This document shows, piece after piece, positions 16,532 through 33,410 of a DNA stretch of 64,000 nt (position 1 is its first letter; each line of letters opens with the position of its first letter). The translations under genes were made by a program, and so were the position numbers. Below the pieces are notes generated by a model. It ran no database searches. It saw nothing but the letters and a program-made list of their open reading frames with translations, and was not told where the DNA came from. The stretch is from the human T2T-CHM13v2.0 reference genome, Homo sapiens: the NCBI RefSeq assembly GCF_009914755.1, contig NC_060931.1; one strand, written 5' to 3'.

Positions 16532-17200
16532 CCTGAGAAACAGCCCCACAGTGAAAAGCCCCTGGTAGAAAAGCTTCTAGCCTGCCCAGTGACCCTGGAC
16601 CTGCAATCAGGGCTTGAGGAACAGCTCCATGGGCTGCCCTTGTGCTCCCAGTCCAGCTGAATAGCTGTCTGCCCATGTCCCAGGCCCAAGAATCAGCATC
16701 ACAAACCAACCCTCGTGGGCAAATCTCCAAGCTAGCCAAGCAGCCATGAGCCCACATCCTGTACCTGAGTAGCAGCCCTGTAGGCCACCTCCAGCAGACA
16801 TGCACCTGTGCCAGCTGAGAAACCATGTGGCTGCATCACAGGCCTGAGAAACAGCCCAGGGACTGTCCCCAGCAGACATACCCTCAGGCCAGCCAAGTAC
16901 TGTGAGACCACCTCCCAGGTCTGAGGAACAGCCCCATGGATTGTCCCTGGCAGACACATACCTAGTACAGCTGAGAAGATATGCAACCATATCCTGAGCC
17001 TAAGAAACAGACCTACAGTCCACCCTAGCAAAGACAGCCCCAGTACCCATGTCCTGGGCCTGAGAAATAGCCCCATGGGCGGCTCCTGTGAGGCAAGCTC
17101 CCAGGCCAACTGGGCAATCATGCTCCTGGCCAGAGTAACAGATCTGTAGCCCCGACCCCAGCCTCAAGATGGTCAACCCACCATGTGCATGCACACATCT
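16532..17200 (+). repeat. Diverged ~79-bp tandem array in the L1 5' UTR
   Basis: cctgagaaacagcccc-like motif at 16532, 16613, 16685, 16764, 16843, 16920, 16999, 17059, 17130. Confidence 0.8.
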
Positions 17201-18260
17201 CTGATCTGAGAGTCTGGTGAGTTCACCCGGGCAAAGCCACACCACTGCTACCAGAAAATCTCTCAGCCTAGACCACTGAGACACTCAAAAATGTCACTAG
17301 TACTACACAGAGATTACACGACTGTGTCCACCCAGAACAAAAGCCAGCACACCACACTGAGCTAACATCCCAAAACACATTCCTATGAATAACTCTTTCA
17401 CTACAAAACCTGCTCCATAAAATTGGAGGAGGTGACTTTTCACCAGATGCATAGAAATTAATATAGAGACCCATCAAACATGAAAAAGCAAGGAAACATG
17501 ACACCTCCAAATGAACACAATAACTCTCCAATAACAGACCCCAATCATAAGGAAACATACAAAATGCCAGAAGAAGAATTCAAAATGATAATCTTAAGGA
17601 ACCTCAGTGAGATAGAAGAGAATACAGATAGACAATTCAACAAAATCAGAAAAACAATTCATGATTTGAATGAGAAATTCAACAAAGAGATAGATATCAT
17701 TAAAAAAGAACCAAACAGAAATCTACAGCTGAAGAATTCAATGACTAAATAAAAAGTACAATTGAGAGCTTTGACAACAGACTAGCTCAAGCAAATGAAA
17801 TAATTTCTGAACTTGGAGACAGGTCATTTGAAATAACACAGGCAGACAGAAGGAAAAAGAATGAAGAAAGCCTTCGAGATTTATGGAACACAATTAAGTG
17901 AACAAATATTCACATTATACATATTCCAGAGGAGAAGAGAATGAAAAAGATATAGGGAATATATTTAATGAACTAATAGCTGAAAACCTCCCAGGCCTTG
18001 GGAGAGAGATGGACATTTAAGTCCAGGAAGATCAAAGAACCTCAAATAGATTGAACCCAAACTGGTCCTCTCTGAGTGATATGGTGCTCCAATTGTCAAA
18101 ATTCAAACAAAGAATTTTAAAAGCAGCAGGAAAAAAAGTGTCAAGTCATGTATAAGGGAATTCCCATTAGTCTAACAGTGGATTTCTCAGCAGAAGCCTT
18201 ATAGGCCAGGAGAGAACAGGATGATATATTCAAAATACTGAAAGAAAAGGCTGCCGGTCA

Positions 18261-18560
<300 letters not shown>

Positions 18561-19043
18561 TCAGAAATGAAGGAGAAATAAAATCTTTCACAGACAAGAA
18601 AAAACTAAAGAGATATACCATTAATAGACCAGCCTTACAGGGAATGCTCAAGGGAGTCCTACAACTGGAAGTCATTGTAGGACCATCATGAAAGCATGTG
18701 AAACTATAAAACTCACTGGTAAAGCCAATACAGAAAGGAGAAAGAGCAAGGAATCAAATCTTATCACTACAGAAAATGACTCAACCACAAAAATAAACAA
18801 TAACAGAAGAAGTAAGAAACAAAGGACATATAAAACATGAAAAGAGCAAATAAAATGATGAGAGTAAGTTCTCACCTATCAATAATAACCCTGAATGTAA
18901 ACAGATGAAATTCACCTTTTAAAAGATATATACCTGCTGAATAGATTAAAAAGAAGAAACCAACAATATGCTGCCTACAAGAAACTCACCTCACCTGTAA
19001 AGACAGACAGGCTGAAAGTAAAGAGATGAAAAACGATATTCCA

Positions 19044-19428
19044 GGCTGGGTGTGGTGGCTTATGCCTGTAATCCAGCACTTTGGGAGACCAAAGTGGGTG
19101 GATTGCTTGTGCCCAGAAGTTCAAGACAAGCCTGGGCAACATAGTGAAACCCTGTAACCCCAGCACTTTGGGAGACTGAGATGGGAGGATTGCTTGAGGC
19201 CAGGAGTTTGAGATCAGCCTGGGCAATATAGTGAGTCCCCTTCTCTACAAAAAATTTAAAAATTAGCTGGGTGTGTTAGCATGTGCCTGTGGTCCCAGCT
19301 ACTCAGGAGGCTGAGGTAGAAGGATTGCTTGAGCCCAGGAGGTCAAGACTATAGTAAGCAAACATCACAGCACTGCACTCCAGCCTGGATGACAGAACAA
19401 GACCCTATCTCTAGTTAAAAAAAAAAAA
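19044..19428 (+). mobile_element. Chimeric AluJ (left arm + left arm + right arm)
   Basis: First left arm joins a second Alu at cctgt(aa), 19151-19155. Confidence 0.85.
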
Positions 19429-21211
19429 TCAACACCCCTTCATGATAAAAAATCCCAATAAATTAGGTATAGAAGGAAAGTATCTCAACACAATAAAGGC
19501 TATATATAACAAATCCAGAGCAAACATCACACTGAATGCCTGGAACAAGACAAGGGTGCCCATGCTCGCCACTCTTATTCAACGTAGTACTGGAAGTCCT
19601 GCCAGAGCAATTAGTCAAGAGAAAGAAACAAAGGGCATTCAAATTGTAAAGAAGGAAGTCAGATTGTCCCTGCTTGCAGACAACATAATCTTATATATAG
19701 AAAAACCTAAAGACTCTGCAAAAAAAAGACTCTTAGAACTGAAAAAACTCTTAGAACTGATAAATTCAGCAAAATTGCAGCATACAAAATCAACATACAG
19801 AAATCAGTGGTGTTTCTATACACAAAAAACAAACTAGCTGAAAAAGAAATCGAGAAGACGATTCCATTCACAATAGCTATACAAAATAATAAAATGTCTG
19901 GGAATAAGGAACCAAGGAAGTGAAAGACTTCTACAAGAAAAACTATAAAACACTAATGAAAAAAATTAAAGAAGATAAAAACAAATTGGAAAACAGCCCA
20001 TACTCATGGATTAGAAGAATTAATATTGTTAAAATGACCATAGTACTCAAAGCAATCTACAGATTCAATGAACCTCTACCAAAATACCAATAACATTCCT
20101 CACAGAAATTTTTTTAAAATCAATCTTAAAATTTGTATGGAATCACAAAGACACAATAGCCAAAGCAATCCTAAGCAAAAAGAACAAAGCTGGAAGCATC
20201 ACACTTCCAGACTTCAATCTGGAAGTCTACAGTAACCAAAATAGCATGGTACTGACATAAAAGCAGAAACATAGACCAATGGAACAGAATATAGAACCCA
20301 GAAATCAATCCATGTATCTACTGCCAATTTATTGAACAAAAGCACCAGGAACATATACTGGAGAAAGACACTCTCATCAACAAATGGTGCTGGGGAAACT
20401 GGCTATCTATATGCAAAAGAATGAAACTAGACCCCCATATGTCATCCTATACAAAAATCAACTCAATGGATCAAAGACCTAAATGTAATACCCAAAACTG
20501 TAAAACTACTAGAAGAAAACTTAGGGGGAATGCTTCAGGATCTTTGTCTGGGAAAAGATTTTATGAATAAGACCTGAAAAGCATGGGCAACAAAAGCAAA
20601 AATAATCAGATGGGATTGTATCAAACTAAAAAGCTTCTATACAGCAAAGGAAATAATCAACAGAGGGAAAACAACCTACAGAATGGAAAAAAATATTTGC
20701 AAACTACTCATCCATCCAACAGGGGATTAATATCCAGAATATACAAGGAACTCAAACATCTCAACAGCAAAAACAAATTAATGTAAAAGTAGGCAAAAGA
20801 TTGGAACAGAAATTTCTCAAATGAAGACATACAAATGGCCAAGAAATACATGGAAAAAATTATCAACATCACTTAACATCAGTGAAATCAAAATCACAGT
20901 GAGTTATAATCTCATCCCAGTTAGTATGGCTGTTATCAAAAGGACAAAAAAAATAACAAATGTTGACAAGGATGTGGAGAAAAGGGAACTCTTATATACT
21001 GTTGGTGGGAATCTAAACTAGTACAGCCACTTTAGAGAATAGTATGGAGGCTCCTTTAAAAAGCTACATAAAATTACCATATGATTCAGCTATCCTACTT
21101 CTTGCAATTTATCCAAAGAAAAGGAAATAAGTATATCAAAGAGACTTCTGTGCCCCCATGTTTACTGTAGTACTATTCACAATAGCCAAGATACAGGATA
21201 CCTTGTGTCTG

Positions 21212-22287
<1,076 letters not shown>

Positions 22288-22499
22288 GAATATCTTGCAT
22301 CTGACAACAGATGAATGGATAAAGAAAATGTGATATATATGGAATACTATTCAGCCACAAAAAGAATGAAATCCTGCCATTTGCACCAGCATAGATGAAA
22401 ACATTATATTAAGTGAAATAAGCCAGAAATAGAAAGTTCAACACTGCATATTCTCACTCATATATGGAAGTCAAAAAAAAAAAAAAGTTGATCTCAAAT

Positions 22500-23015
22500 C
22501 TACACCTTCTTGAACTTGGCCTATAGACACTGCCTGCCTCCCCAGCATCATCTCACATCACATCACCCTTACTGTGTTCCTTCCAGTCTCTGGTTCTTTT
22601 TTTATTCTGTTTCCTCTGCCTTTAACACTGTCCTCTACCTATCTTCTCCCACCAAAAAACAAAAACAAAAACAAAACAAAATTCTTGTTTTTGCCTACCC
22701 AACTCCTATGCATCCCTCTGACCTCCACTCAAATATCACTTCCTCAGGGAAACCTCCCTAGACTCCCCAAGCCAGTTTGAGCACCCCGTTACATGCCCAC
22801 TAAGCAACCAAATTTTCTTCATAGCACTTCTCAGTTTATGAGTAATCACAACTTGTTTGAGTTATTACCTGATTAATGTCTGTTCTGCCCCTGGTTTATA
22901 TATCCAGGTAATTAAGTACTGTACCTGCTTTTGCTGACCATTATATTCCTAGTGCTTGGCAGATTTCCTGGCCACAATACATACCTTACTCAGCGAGCAT
23001 TTACTGAATGAAGGG
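22500..23015 (+). mobile_element. L2 fragment
   Basis: ctcaaatatcacttcctcagggaaacctccct...ttactgaatgaa. Confidence 0.65.
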
Positions 23016-23059
23016 CATGGATGGGTACCATGGTGATTTCAAAAAATGGCTGGCCATTG

Positions 23060-25130
<2,071 letters not shown>

Positions 25131-25180
25131 TAATGGCCATAAAATTCTTTGACATTCCTCCCATAGAAAAGTGAGACCTG

Positions 25181-25480
25181 TCTGGGCACAGTGGCTCATG
25201 CCTGTAATCCCAGCACTTTGGGAGGCTGAAGCAGGCAGATCACTTGAGATCAGAAATTTGAGACCAGCCTGGCCAACATGGCAAAAGCCCATCTCTTCTA
25301 AAAATACAGAAATTAGCCAGGCGTGGTGGCGTATGCCCGTAATCCCAGCTCCTGGGAGAGTGAGGCAGGAGAATCACTTGAACCCAGAAGGCAGAGGTTG
25401 CAGTGAGCCAAAGTGAGCCAAGATCGCGCCACTGCACTCCAGCCTAGGCAACAGAGTGAGACTCTTTCAAAAGAAAAGAA
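25181..25480 (+). mobile_element. AluS
   Basis: Dimer with a 10-bp internal duplication agtgagccaa. Confidence 0.92.
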
Positions 25481-25728
25481 AAGAAAGAAAGAAAGAAAAA
25501 TGGAGAGAAAGAGAGAAATAAAGAAAGGGAGGTAGGCAGGAAAGAGGGAGGAGGGAGGAGGGAGGGAGGGAGGGAGGGAAGGAGGGAAGGAAGGAAGGAA
25601 GGAGAGAGAGAGAGAAGAAAGAGACGAAAGAATGAAAGAAAGAAAGAGAAAGAAAGAAAGAAAGAAAGAGAGGGAAAGAGAGGGAAAGAGAGGGAAAGAA
25701 AGAAAAAGAAAGAAGGAAGGAAAGGAAA

Positions 25729-25778
<50 letters not shown>

Positions 25779-25794
25779 AGAAAAGAAAAGAAAA
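25469..25794. repeat. Compound polypurine tract (GAAA/GGAG/GGAA)n
   Basis: ~326 bp containing only 6 pyrimidines. Confidence 0.95.
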
Positions 25795-26884
25795 CTATGT
25801 TCTCTCCCTTTGAATCTGGGTAGACTTATGACTCATTTGATCAATATAGTATGGACAGGAGTGACACTATGTGACCTCCAGGGCTAGAGAAAAGGCAATT
25901 GTTTGCTGGAACATTCACACTTGGTGGCATGAGCCACCATGTAAGAAGTTCAACTACTCTGAGGGTGCCAAGCAGCATGGGGAGGTAGTCTAAGTCTTCC
26001 AGTCATCCTTGCCCAGGCATCAGAGTGAAAGAGCCACCACATGATTTTAGCCCCAAACCTAAAGTCACCCAACCTTCTCATCTTCCCACCCGAGGCCCTG
26101 GACATTGTGGAGCACAGTCAACCCATGACTGCTCTGTCTGTTCCAATTTCTTATCTATCAAATCATAACAATGGTTGTTGTTTTAAGCCACTAAGACTTT
26201 GGGGTGCTTTGCTATGCAGCAATAGTCCAGAACAGATGTTCAAAAGGTAAACTTTATCTAAGGTTTTGAGCAAAACAGAAGATGTTCTAAATCTCTGATA
26301 TTACAAGAATTCAATTGTATCCCAGCTCATCAGTCTATTTTACATCAATGGTGCCCAGCTCCAGACAGACCCAGTGCAAAACTGTGAGTCACACAACAAC
26401 TCTGATGGTGGACAAGCACCACCGAGTTCCCAGGACGCCCAGTTGCCCAGATTCTTGAAATCTCTTGAGTCCTATCAGGAAACAGATAATAAAAAGGGTA
26501 ATGTGAGAATGACTCAAAGGAACTGTTTATAAAATTGTGAGTGAGGATGTATCCTAAGATTCATACGGTATCCCAGGGCTACTAGCAGCCAGTTGTTACC
26601 TCCTCTGGGCTCACGGGGCCTGGAGAGAAGGCAATACCAAGAAGAGAGCTATGTAGAATCACCTCTTTGGAGAGAAGCATAGTCCTTCAGTCAAGGACCC
26701 TGCCAGCCTCAAGTGGCCTCAAGCTCCTCCATATACTGAACTCAGCAGGAAGGCGCAGGGCAGAATATCCATTGATTTAATCCTATAGGTCAGCCTCCAT
26801 GAGCAGAACAGGGAGAAGGGATTAACGCCGGGAGTGCAAACAGAAGACAACCAGCAAGTCCCCCACCAAGGCATGATATAGGAC

Positions 26885-27117
26885 AGTGGTTCTCAACCAG
26901 GGGCAATTTGTACCCCTCTCCCCCAGGGGACATTTGGCAATGTCTGGAGATATTTTTGATTTTCCAAATTTACAGGGTGGTGGTGGTATATCAACAACAA
27001 CAATACCTTCTGGGTAGAGGCCAGAAATGTTGCTAAACATCCCACAATGCCTAGGACAGCTTCCACATCAAAGAATTCTACCCAAAATGCCAACAGTGGC
27101 CAGGATGAGAATCCCTG
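26885..27117 (+). mobile_element. MER20 hAT-Charlie element
   Basis: cagtggttctcaaccagggg...ggacatttggcaatgtctggaga...gagaatccctg. Confidence 0.85.
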
Positions 27118-27344
27118 CTCTAGAGCGTTCTCAGAAAAGCCTTGAACCAGGGGTCACACAACTTGGCTTCTAGCCTCTGCTCTGCTGCCAACAGCTTGAT
27201 GGCCTGGGCCAGTGACACAACTTCCTTGAGCCTCTATACCATCTGTCAAACTAGGGCCATGATAATGTAAGACCATTGCTTTTTACATAAGGGATGAATT
27301 CTTGAAGACCTAATATCATTTGAACCTTAAAATATTCACAACCA

Positions 27345-27656
<312 letters not shown>

Positions 27657-28155
27657 TCACAACCAATCCTAACAAACAGTGGCACGTAGTTCTGCTTACC
27701 AGCTGAACTCATGTAGCCACATGGCATTAGCAAAAAGATCTTTGTGATTTTATCTGCAGTCCAGCTTTGAAATCATGTGATTCCTGATGGATTTTTACCC
27801 TTGGGAGGATCATATTAATTTCATGCATAAAGTAAGATTGTTATTAATATGTGGTATCATGCTTTTTCAAATTCTCACAAAATGCAATGTCTCTGCACTG
27901 TGCTGGCCCACCCACTGGGATTGCTGGCAGGGTCAGTTAAGGTCTTTACCAAAGAGCCCTGAATCCTCAGAAGGGATGGTTTCTGCTCATGGTAGATCCA
28001 CCAGGCCAGAGACTCCTCTACCTTTTCTCTCCCCTTAAGCTCGAGGCCATCTCTTTTCCATGGGGCATCCTCCATGGCAGCTAATCTAACGGACTAAATC
28101 AGCATTTGCTCCAGCTTCCTAAGAACATGTCTCTTTGGATAAATCAATAGTATGA

Positions 28156-28456
<301 letters not shown>

Positions 28457-29044
28457 GACTTCCCCTTTCTAAAGATCCAGTAACCCAACCCATCCCTCCA
28501 CCATGTGTACTCCCAAGGACCCAGGTAGGAATCACTGTGTTCTCTGCTGTAGCCATTCCCTCCCTCCCTTGTTCTACTCCCCAGTAAGGCTAGGGAATGA
28601 AATGAAAAAAAAATTAGACAACGACTCCAGGACAGTCAATAGCTGAGCAAAGTGAAAGCTGCCCAGAGGTGGTCCAATTAGTCCCAAGTGTGCCAAGCTG
28701 CATCTCTGGGAAAGAGTTCAGGAAACCTGATTATCCGCACTCCCCACCTCACCCCTCTCACCAAAGCCAGCATTGATGCTTCCCTCTGTTTTCCCAAAGC
28801 ACTTTGTTCATACCACTATTATAACCACAATACATTGCAATAGAGTTAGCCTGTAACACTCGTCTTAGATTAATGTGCACTTCCTATTAGCTATTTTTAA
28901 GTAGCGTATGGTTCCCCATCACTGCCTCTTTGGTATCTCAATTGGGAAGAAGTTTTTGGCGTATCTCTTTATAGTTGCTTTGTCTTGCCATTGAGAAGCA
29001 TTTTATCCCTGCGCTTCCATCCTCAAATGTTCCAAGTCATCAAT

Positions 29045-29290
29045 AATAGCTGAGGCATAAATCTTAGTATGACCAAGCCCTATTCTAAGTGCTTTATAGA
29101 TATTAATTTATTTAGTCTTCACAATAACACTGTGATACAGGTTACTATTATTGTTCCCATTTTAGAAATGGAGAATTGAGACACAAAGAGATTAAGTAAC
29201 TTGCCCAGGGTCACTAGTAAATGGTGGAATTGGGATTTAAATTCAGGTCGGTCTAGTTACAAAATTCATGCCCTCCGCCACTATACTCTA
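29045..29290 (-). mobile_element. MIR
   Basis: cccattttagaaatggagaattgagacacaaagagattaagtaacttgcccagggtcac. Confidence 0.8.
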
Positions 29291-29757
29291 TTGCCTCGCA
29301 CCAAGCAAACCAAGCGGCCCCAGAGGAAAAACCACTGGAGACAGCATCTGAGTTTCCTTGTTTGTTTTGTGTCAATGGCCCATGGACTGGGATTGTGATT
29401 TCTGGTGCACAAGAGTCCACAAAGAAAGAAAATCCCTTCCGTTAATCCCTACAAGGAGAGACTATTTCTGGAAGGGAGGAGGAGCAGCATTTAACCATTT
29501 ACATTTGGGAGAGCAAGTGGTCCAGACGAGGACTGAAAGGAATTGGATTTCTGTTACTTCTGTGGCATTGTGTTCTAACAGCCATGTTAGGAGTCCTACC
29601 AACTGGGTGCATTTACTGTGTTTTATGTCAGCCCCCCACCTTCCTTCTACCTCCTCCCTTACTCAGGCAGATGCAGAGATCTGACCACTCTTCCTGCCCT
29701 CTCCAATCCACACTCCTCACAGCAGCAGGCAGAAAGATTCTTCTCAAATGCCGATCT

Positions 29758-30435
29758 TGAAACCACCTTTGTAAAAATTGTATCAGTAGATACAATGGGA
29801 GTGGGAGATATCTAGCCAACCCCCCTCTTGCTTTTAGCCTTCAAGCTGCCAAGCTAACTTTGAGAGGCATTTAGTTTATAGTTTAAATTATAATACCCCT
29901 TCCCCAAAACTCCACTGCCTTTGTAAAGCTAATGAGAGACCACCAGGCTAAGAGGAGAAGAGGAGTCTGAATTCTGCTAAAGCTAGACATAAATGATTAC
30001 CAGCCATTATTCTAGAGGTCACAAGATATGCAACTTCCCCAGTTACTCCTGCAGATAATATCACTATTGTAGAACCTAATATTTGCCTTTTGAGATGTCT
30101 TTTCAGTGTTTTTTGCATGTCTGACACCCATCACTCCAACTGGACCCACCAACTAGACCCACCCCATCCAGAAGTGCTTCAGCGCAGGAGGATCATTTCC
30201 CACATCCCTGTGATGGTACCCCAACCAATCAGCAGCAAGTACCCATTTCCTAGCCACCTACACCCCTTCCCCTTGAAAAACCCCTAACCTCTGCACTTTC
30301 AGCAAGATTGATTTGAGTAATAATTTCATCTCCTGCATGGCATCACTGGCCTCGCATCAATTAAACTCTTTCTTTATTGCAATGCTGTGGTCTTTTTTGG
30401 TGCAGCCAGCAGGAATAACCTATCAGGCAGTTACA
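29758..30435 (+). mobile_element. LTR8A-like ERV1 solo LTR inserted in L2
   Basis: TG...CA ends (tgaaaccacctttg...cagttaca) and perfect 4-bp TSD ATCT. Confidence 0.85.
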
Positions 30436-31429
30436 ATCTGACCATGTCACTCACCTTCTTAAACCTTCAGAGGCTCCCCATTGCTCTTATTATGAAGTCC
30501 AAACTCTTTAATGTGACTTACAATGCGTTCTCTGGCCTACCTACCTCTCCTGCTCCAGCTGCATTTCACTTCAGTTCCAGCTCCACTGAAAGACGTGCAG
30601 TTCCCTGAGAGAAGGCTCATGCTCCCTGACTCCTCCCTGTGGCTGTTCTCCCCACTCACTGTACTGTGACACCCTTGAGGGCATGTTGATTCACTGATGC
30701 TCCTGGCAGCACCAACATCCCCAAACATCCTGTTTGAGGGCAATGCCACAAGTTATCCCAGCCAGTTTGCAAGGTTATAAACCATAATTAGGGCTGGAAA
30801 ACAGAGTGGTTTTGCACAGAAGTGGTTCCTTCCTACCACTCAAGAATCCTCAAAGAGGAAGAAATAAAAAGCTGTGCCTTCGGATAAAAAAGCAAGACCA
30901 TTGTCCATGAGCTGTAGAAAGTTGTCTGTTATTTGAAGGGCCATGCTTTCTGATTGTCAGTTCCCAGCAATGCTGAAAAAAGCAGCCCAATTCCACCCCT
31001 ACAAGAGTTGCCTAGAATGGATTAAAAAAAGCACACTGGTGGACTTTCATCTGATTAATTTTCCTGAGGGTTTCTCTCTGGCCCCTTTTAATACAAACAC
31101 AGCTGACAAACCACTGCTGGCTGAGTGCTTTAATTGAGTTGCTGATGAACAACTGCATAATTTGGCAGCCAAGAATTTCCTACAGCTGCTATTAGTGGCT
31201 GCCCTGTCTGGTTTCTGATAATAAGTTCATCAAATTCACTCTACATTTCTAAGTCCAGAAATCTGAAGCTATAAACGGCACTTAGCATTGGTCCCTGGAA
31301 TTAGTCTTTCTGTATTCTCTGCAGGATTCTATGCCTTTGCTGCTTCTTTCCCTGGGAAACATCCAATCAGTGTTGCCAGGACTCCTCTGCTGGGTGTGAG
31401 CTGTGGTCTGAGGCCATTCCCTGCCCAGG

Positions 31430-33410
31430 GTACACAGCTCCATCCCCTTTTGCTACTCAAAGGCTTAGCTCTTGCCATTGCTCCCTGTCTCCTGTATTAT
31501 CAGTTTTCCCCCTATCTATTGGATCATTCCCATCAGCACACACATTTTTTGTTTCTTCCATCAGAAAGGAAAACCCACGCTTGTTTTCCCACATATTCTC
31601 TTCCAGACACTGCTCCATTTCTCTGTTCCCTTTTATAGTAAAACTCCTCAAAGTAAATGTCTACAATTATTGTCCTCCACTTCCATCCTCTCTCTCTCTC
31701 TCTTTTTTTTTTATTTATTTTTTTTGAGATGGAGCCTCGCTCTTTCACCCAGGCTGGAGTGCAGTGGCATGATCTTGGCTCACTGAAAACTCCGCCTCCC
31801 AGGTTCAAGTGATTCTCCTGTCTCAGCCTCACGAGTAGCTGGGACTATAGGCGCATGCCACCATGCCCGGCTAATTTTTTTTTTTTTTTGTATTTTTAGT
31901 AGAGACAGGGTTCCACATCGTTAGCCAGGCTGGTCTCAAACTCCTGACCTTGTCATCCACCCACCTTGGCCTCCCAAAGTGCTGGGATTACAGGTGTGAG
32001 CCACCGCACCCAGCCTCCATCCTCTCTTGAACCTGCCCAATTGAGCTTCCATCCTCCCCACTCCACTGGGCTGCCATTTTCAAGATCAACAATGACCTTG
32101 TGTTCCCAAATCAAGGTCAAGTCTCAATCCTCACCTCATTCCTGCAGCCTGTGACACACTTGATCTCCACCCCCTTCTGGAAACATGCACCTCCCCGGTT
32201 TCTGGACTCGATGTTCCTGGTTTTTCTCCCAACTCACTGGCCACTCCTTCTCAGCCTCTTGTGAGGGCTGTCCTCAGCTTTCTGACCTCTAACACAGGGG
32301 TGCCTCAGGACTGAGTTTGCAGAGGTCTTTTTTTCTCTATTTGTTGTCACTCCCCAGGTGACCCATTTGCAGCTGTACTGCACACCACACCCATGTGAAT
32401 CACACCTAGTTTTCCACCTCCAGTTCCAACCTCTCTCCTGGCAACCTCAGTTCGATGTCTCAAGCATAACACATCCAAAACAGAAGGCTGTTTCTCCCCC
32501 TCAGTACCTTCCTCTCCCCCAGTCTTCTTCATATGGAAATGGCAACTCCATTTATCCACTTGCTGAGACCAAAAGTGTTGGTGTTATTCTTGACTTCTCT
32601 CTTTCTTTCATTCTTACCCCACATCCCTCTACCTTCAAAATACAAGCAGAAGATGACTACCTCTTGCCATTCCACCATTCTCCACTAGTCTTCTCTAGTC
32701 CAAGCCAGCACTCTCTCTAGGCTGTGCTATTGCAATAGCATCAAAGGTTGGCCCCGTTTCCCTTACCTGAAATCCCACCCCACCTGCCTCTTCACTCTGC
32801 AGCCAGAGAGACTGTTCATCGCTGCACCCTTGGGGAAGTTTCACAGCTCTGCTCAACTCACCCTCACCATGGCATTTCATCTCCCTTATAATAAAATCCA
32901 ATATCCTTATCGTGACTCATCCAGGCCTATGTGAATTTACCCCAACTACTTCTGTGCTCTAACCCCTCCTCTCCTGCTGGCTCACCCACTCCAGCACCCT
33001 GGCCTCCTTACTGCTCTCTGAAAGCCCAAGCATACTTCTACCTCAGGGCCTCAATTACTCTCTCCTCAACCTGGAAAGCTCCCTTTGAAGCCCATCCCAA
33101 TTTCCACATGGTTCCGTCCATTATCCACATCCCTTTTCAAGTCTCTTAGGCAGAGAGGCTTTCCCTGGCCACTTTGTCCAAAATAGCCTTCTCCAGCCCA
33201 TTTTCTCTGCTTAGCCTGCCTTACATATTATCCTTGAAAGAATATATTTGTTTGCATGTTTGTTTATTATCTATCTCCCCACCACTACCCACCACTACCC
33301 CGCACTGGGATATCGGCTCTCTGAGAGAAGAAAGTTTATGCTTGGTGTCCTGCCACATTCCCAGAGCCTAAAACAGTGCCTGAAACATAGAAGACCCTCT
33401 AAATATTTAC
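31430..33410 (+). mobile_element. Long L2 fragment
   Basis: Pyrimidine-rich L2 body ending acagtgcctgaaacatag...aaatattt. Confidence 0.75.
31702..32015 (-). mobile_element. AluS
   Basis: Antisense dimer; TSD tccatcctctct. Confidence 0.93.

Larger units (their letters stand above)
25131..26235 (+). mobile_element. MLT1G-like MaLR LTR (5' stub probably at 23031-23050), split by Alu and purine tract
   Basis: aaattctttgacattcctcccatag...ccctttgaatctggg...ttttaagccactaag...atgcagcaatag. Confidence 0.7.

Noticed and set aside
16532-17200. Regularly spaced motif as a CRISPR-like array
   Set aside because: Whole units are homologous and diverged, within an L1 5' UTR; no unique spacers or cas genes; eukaryotic context
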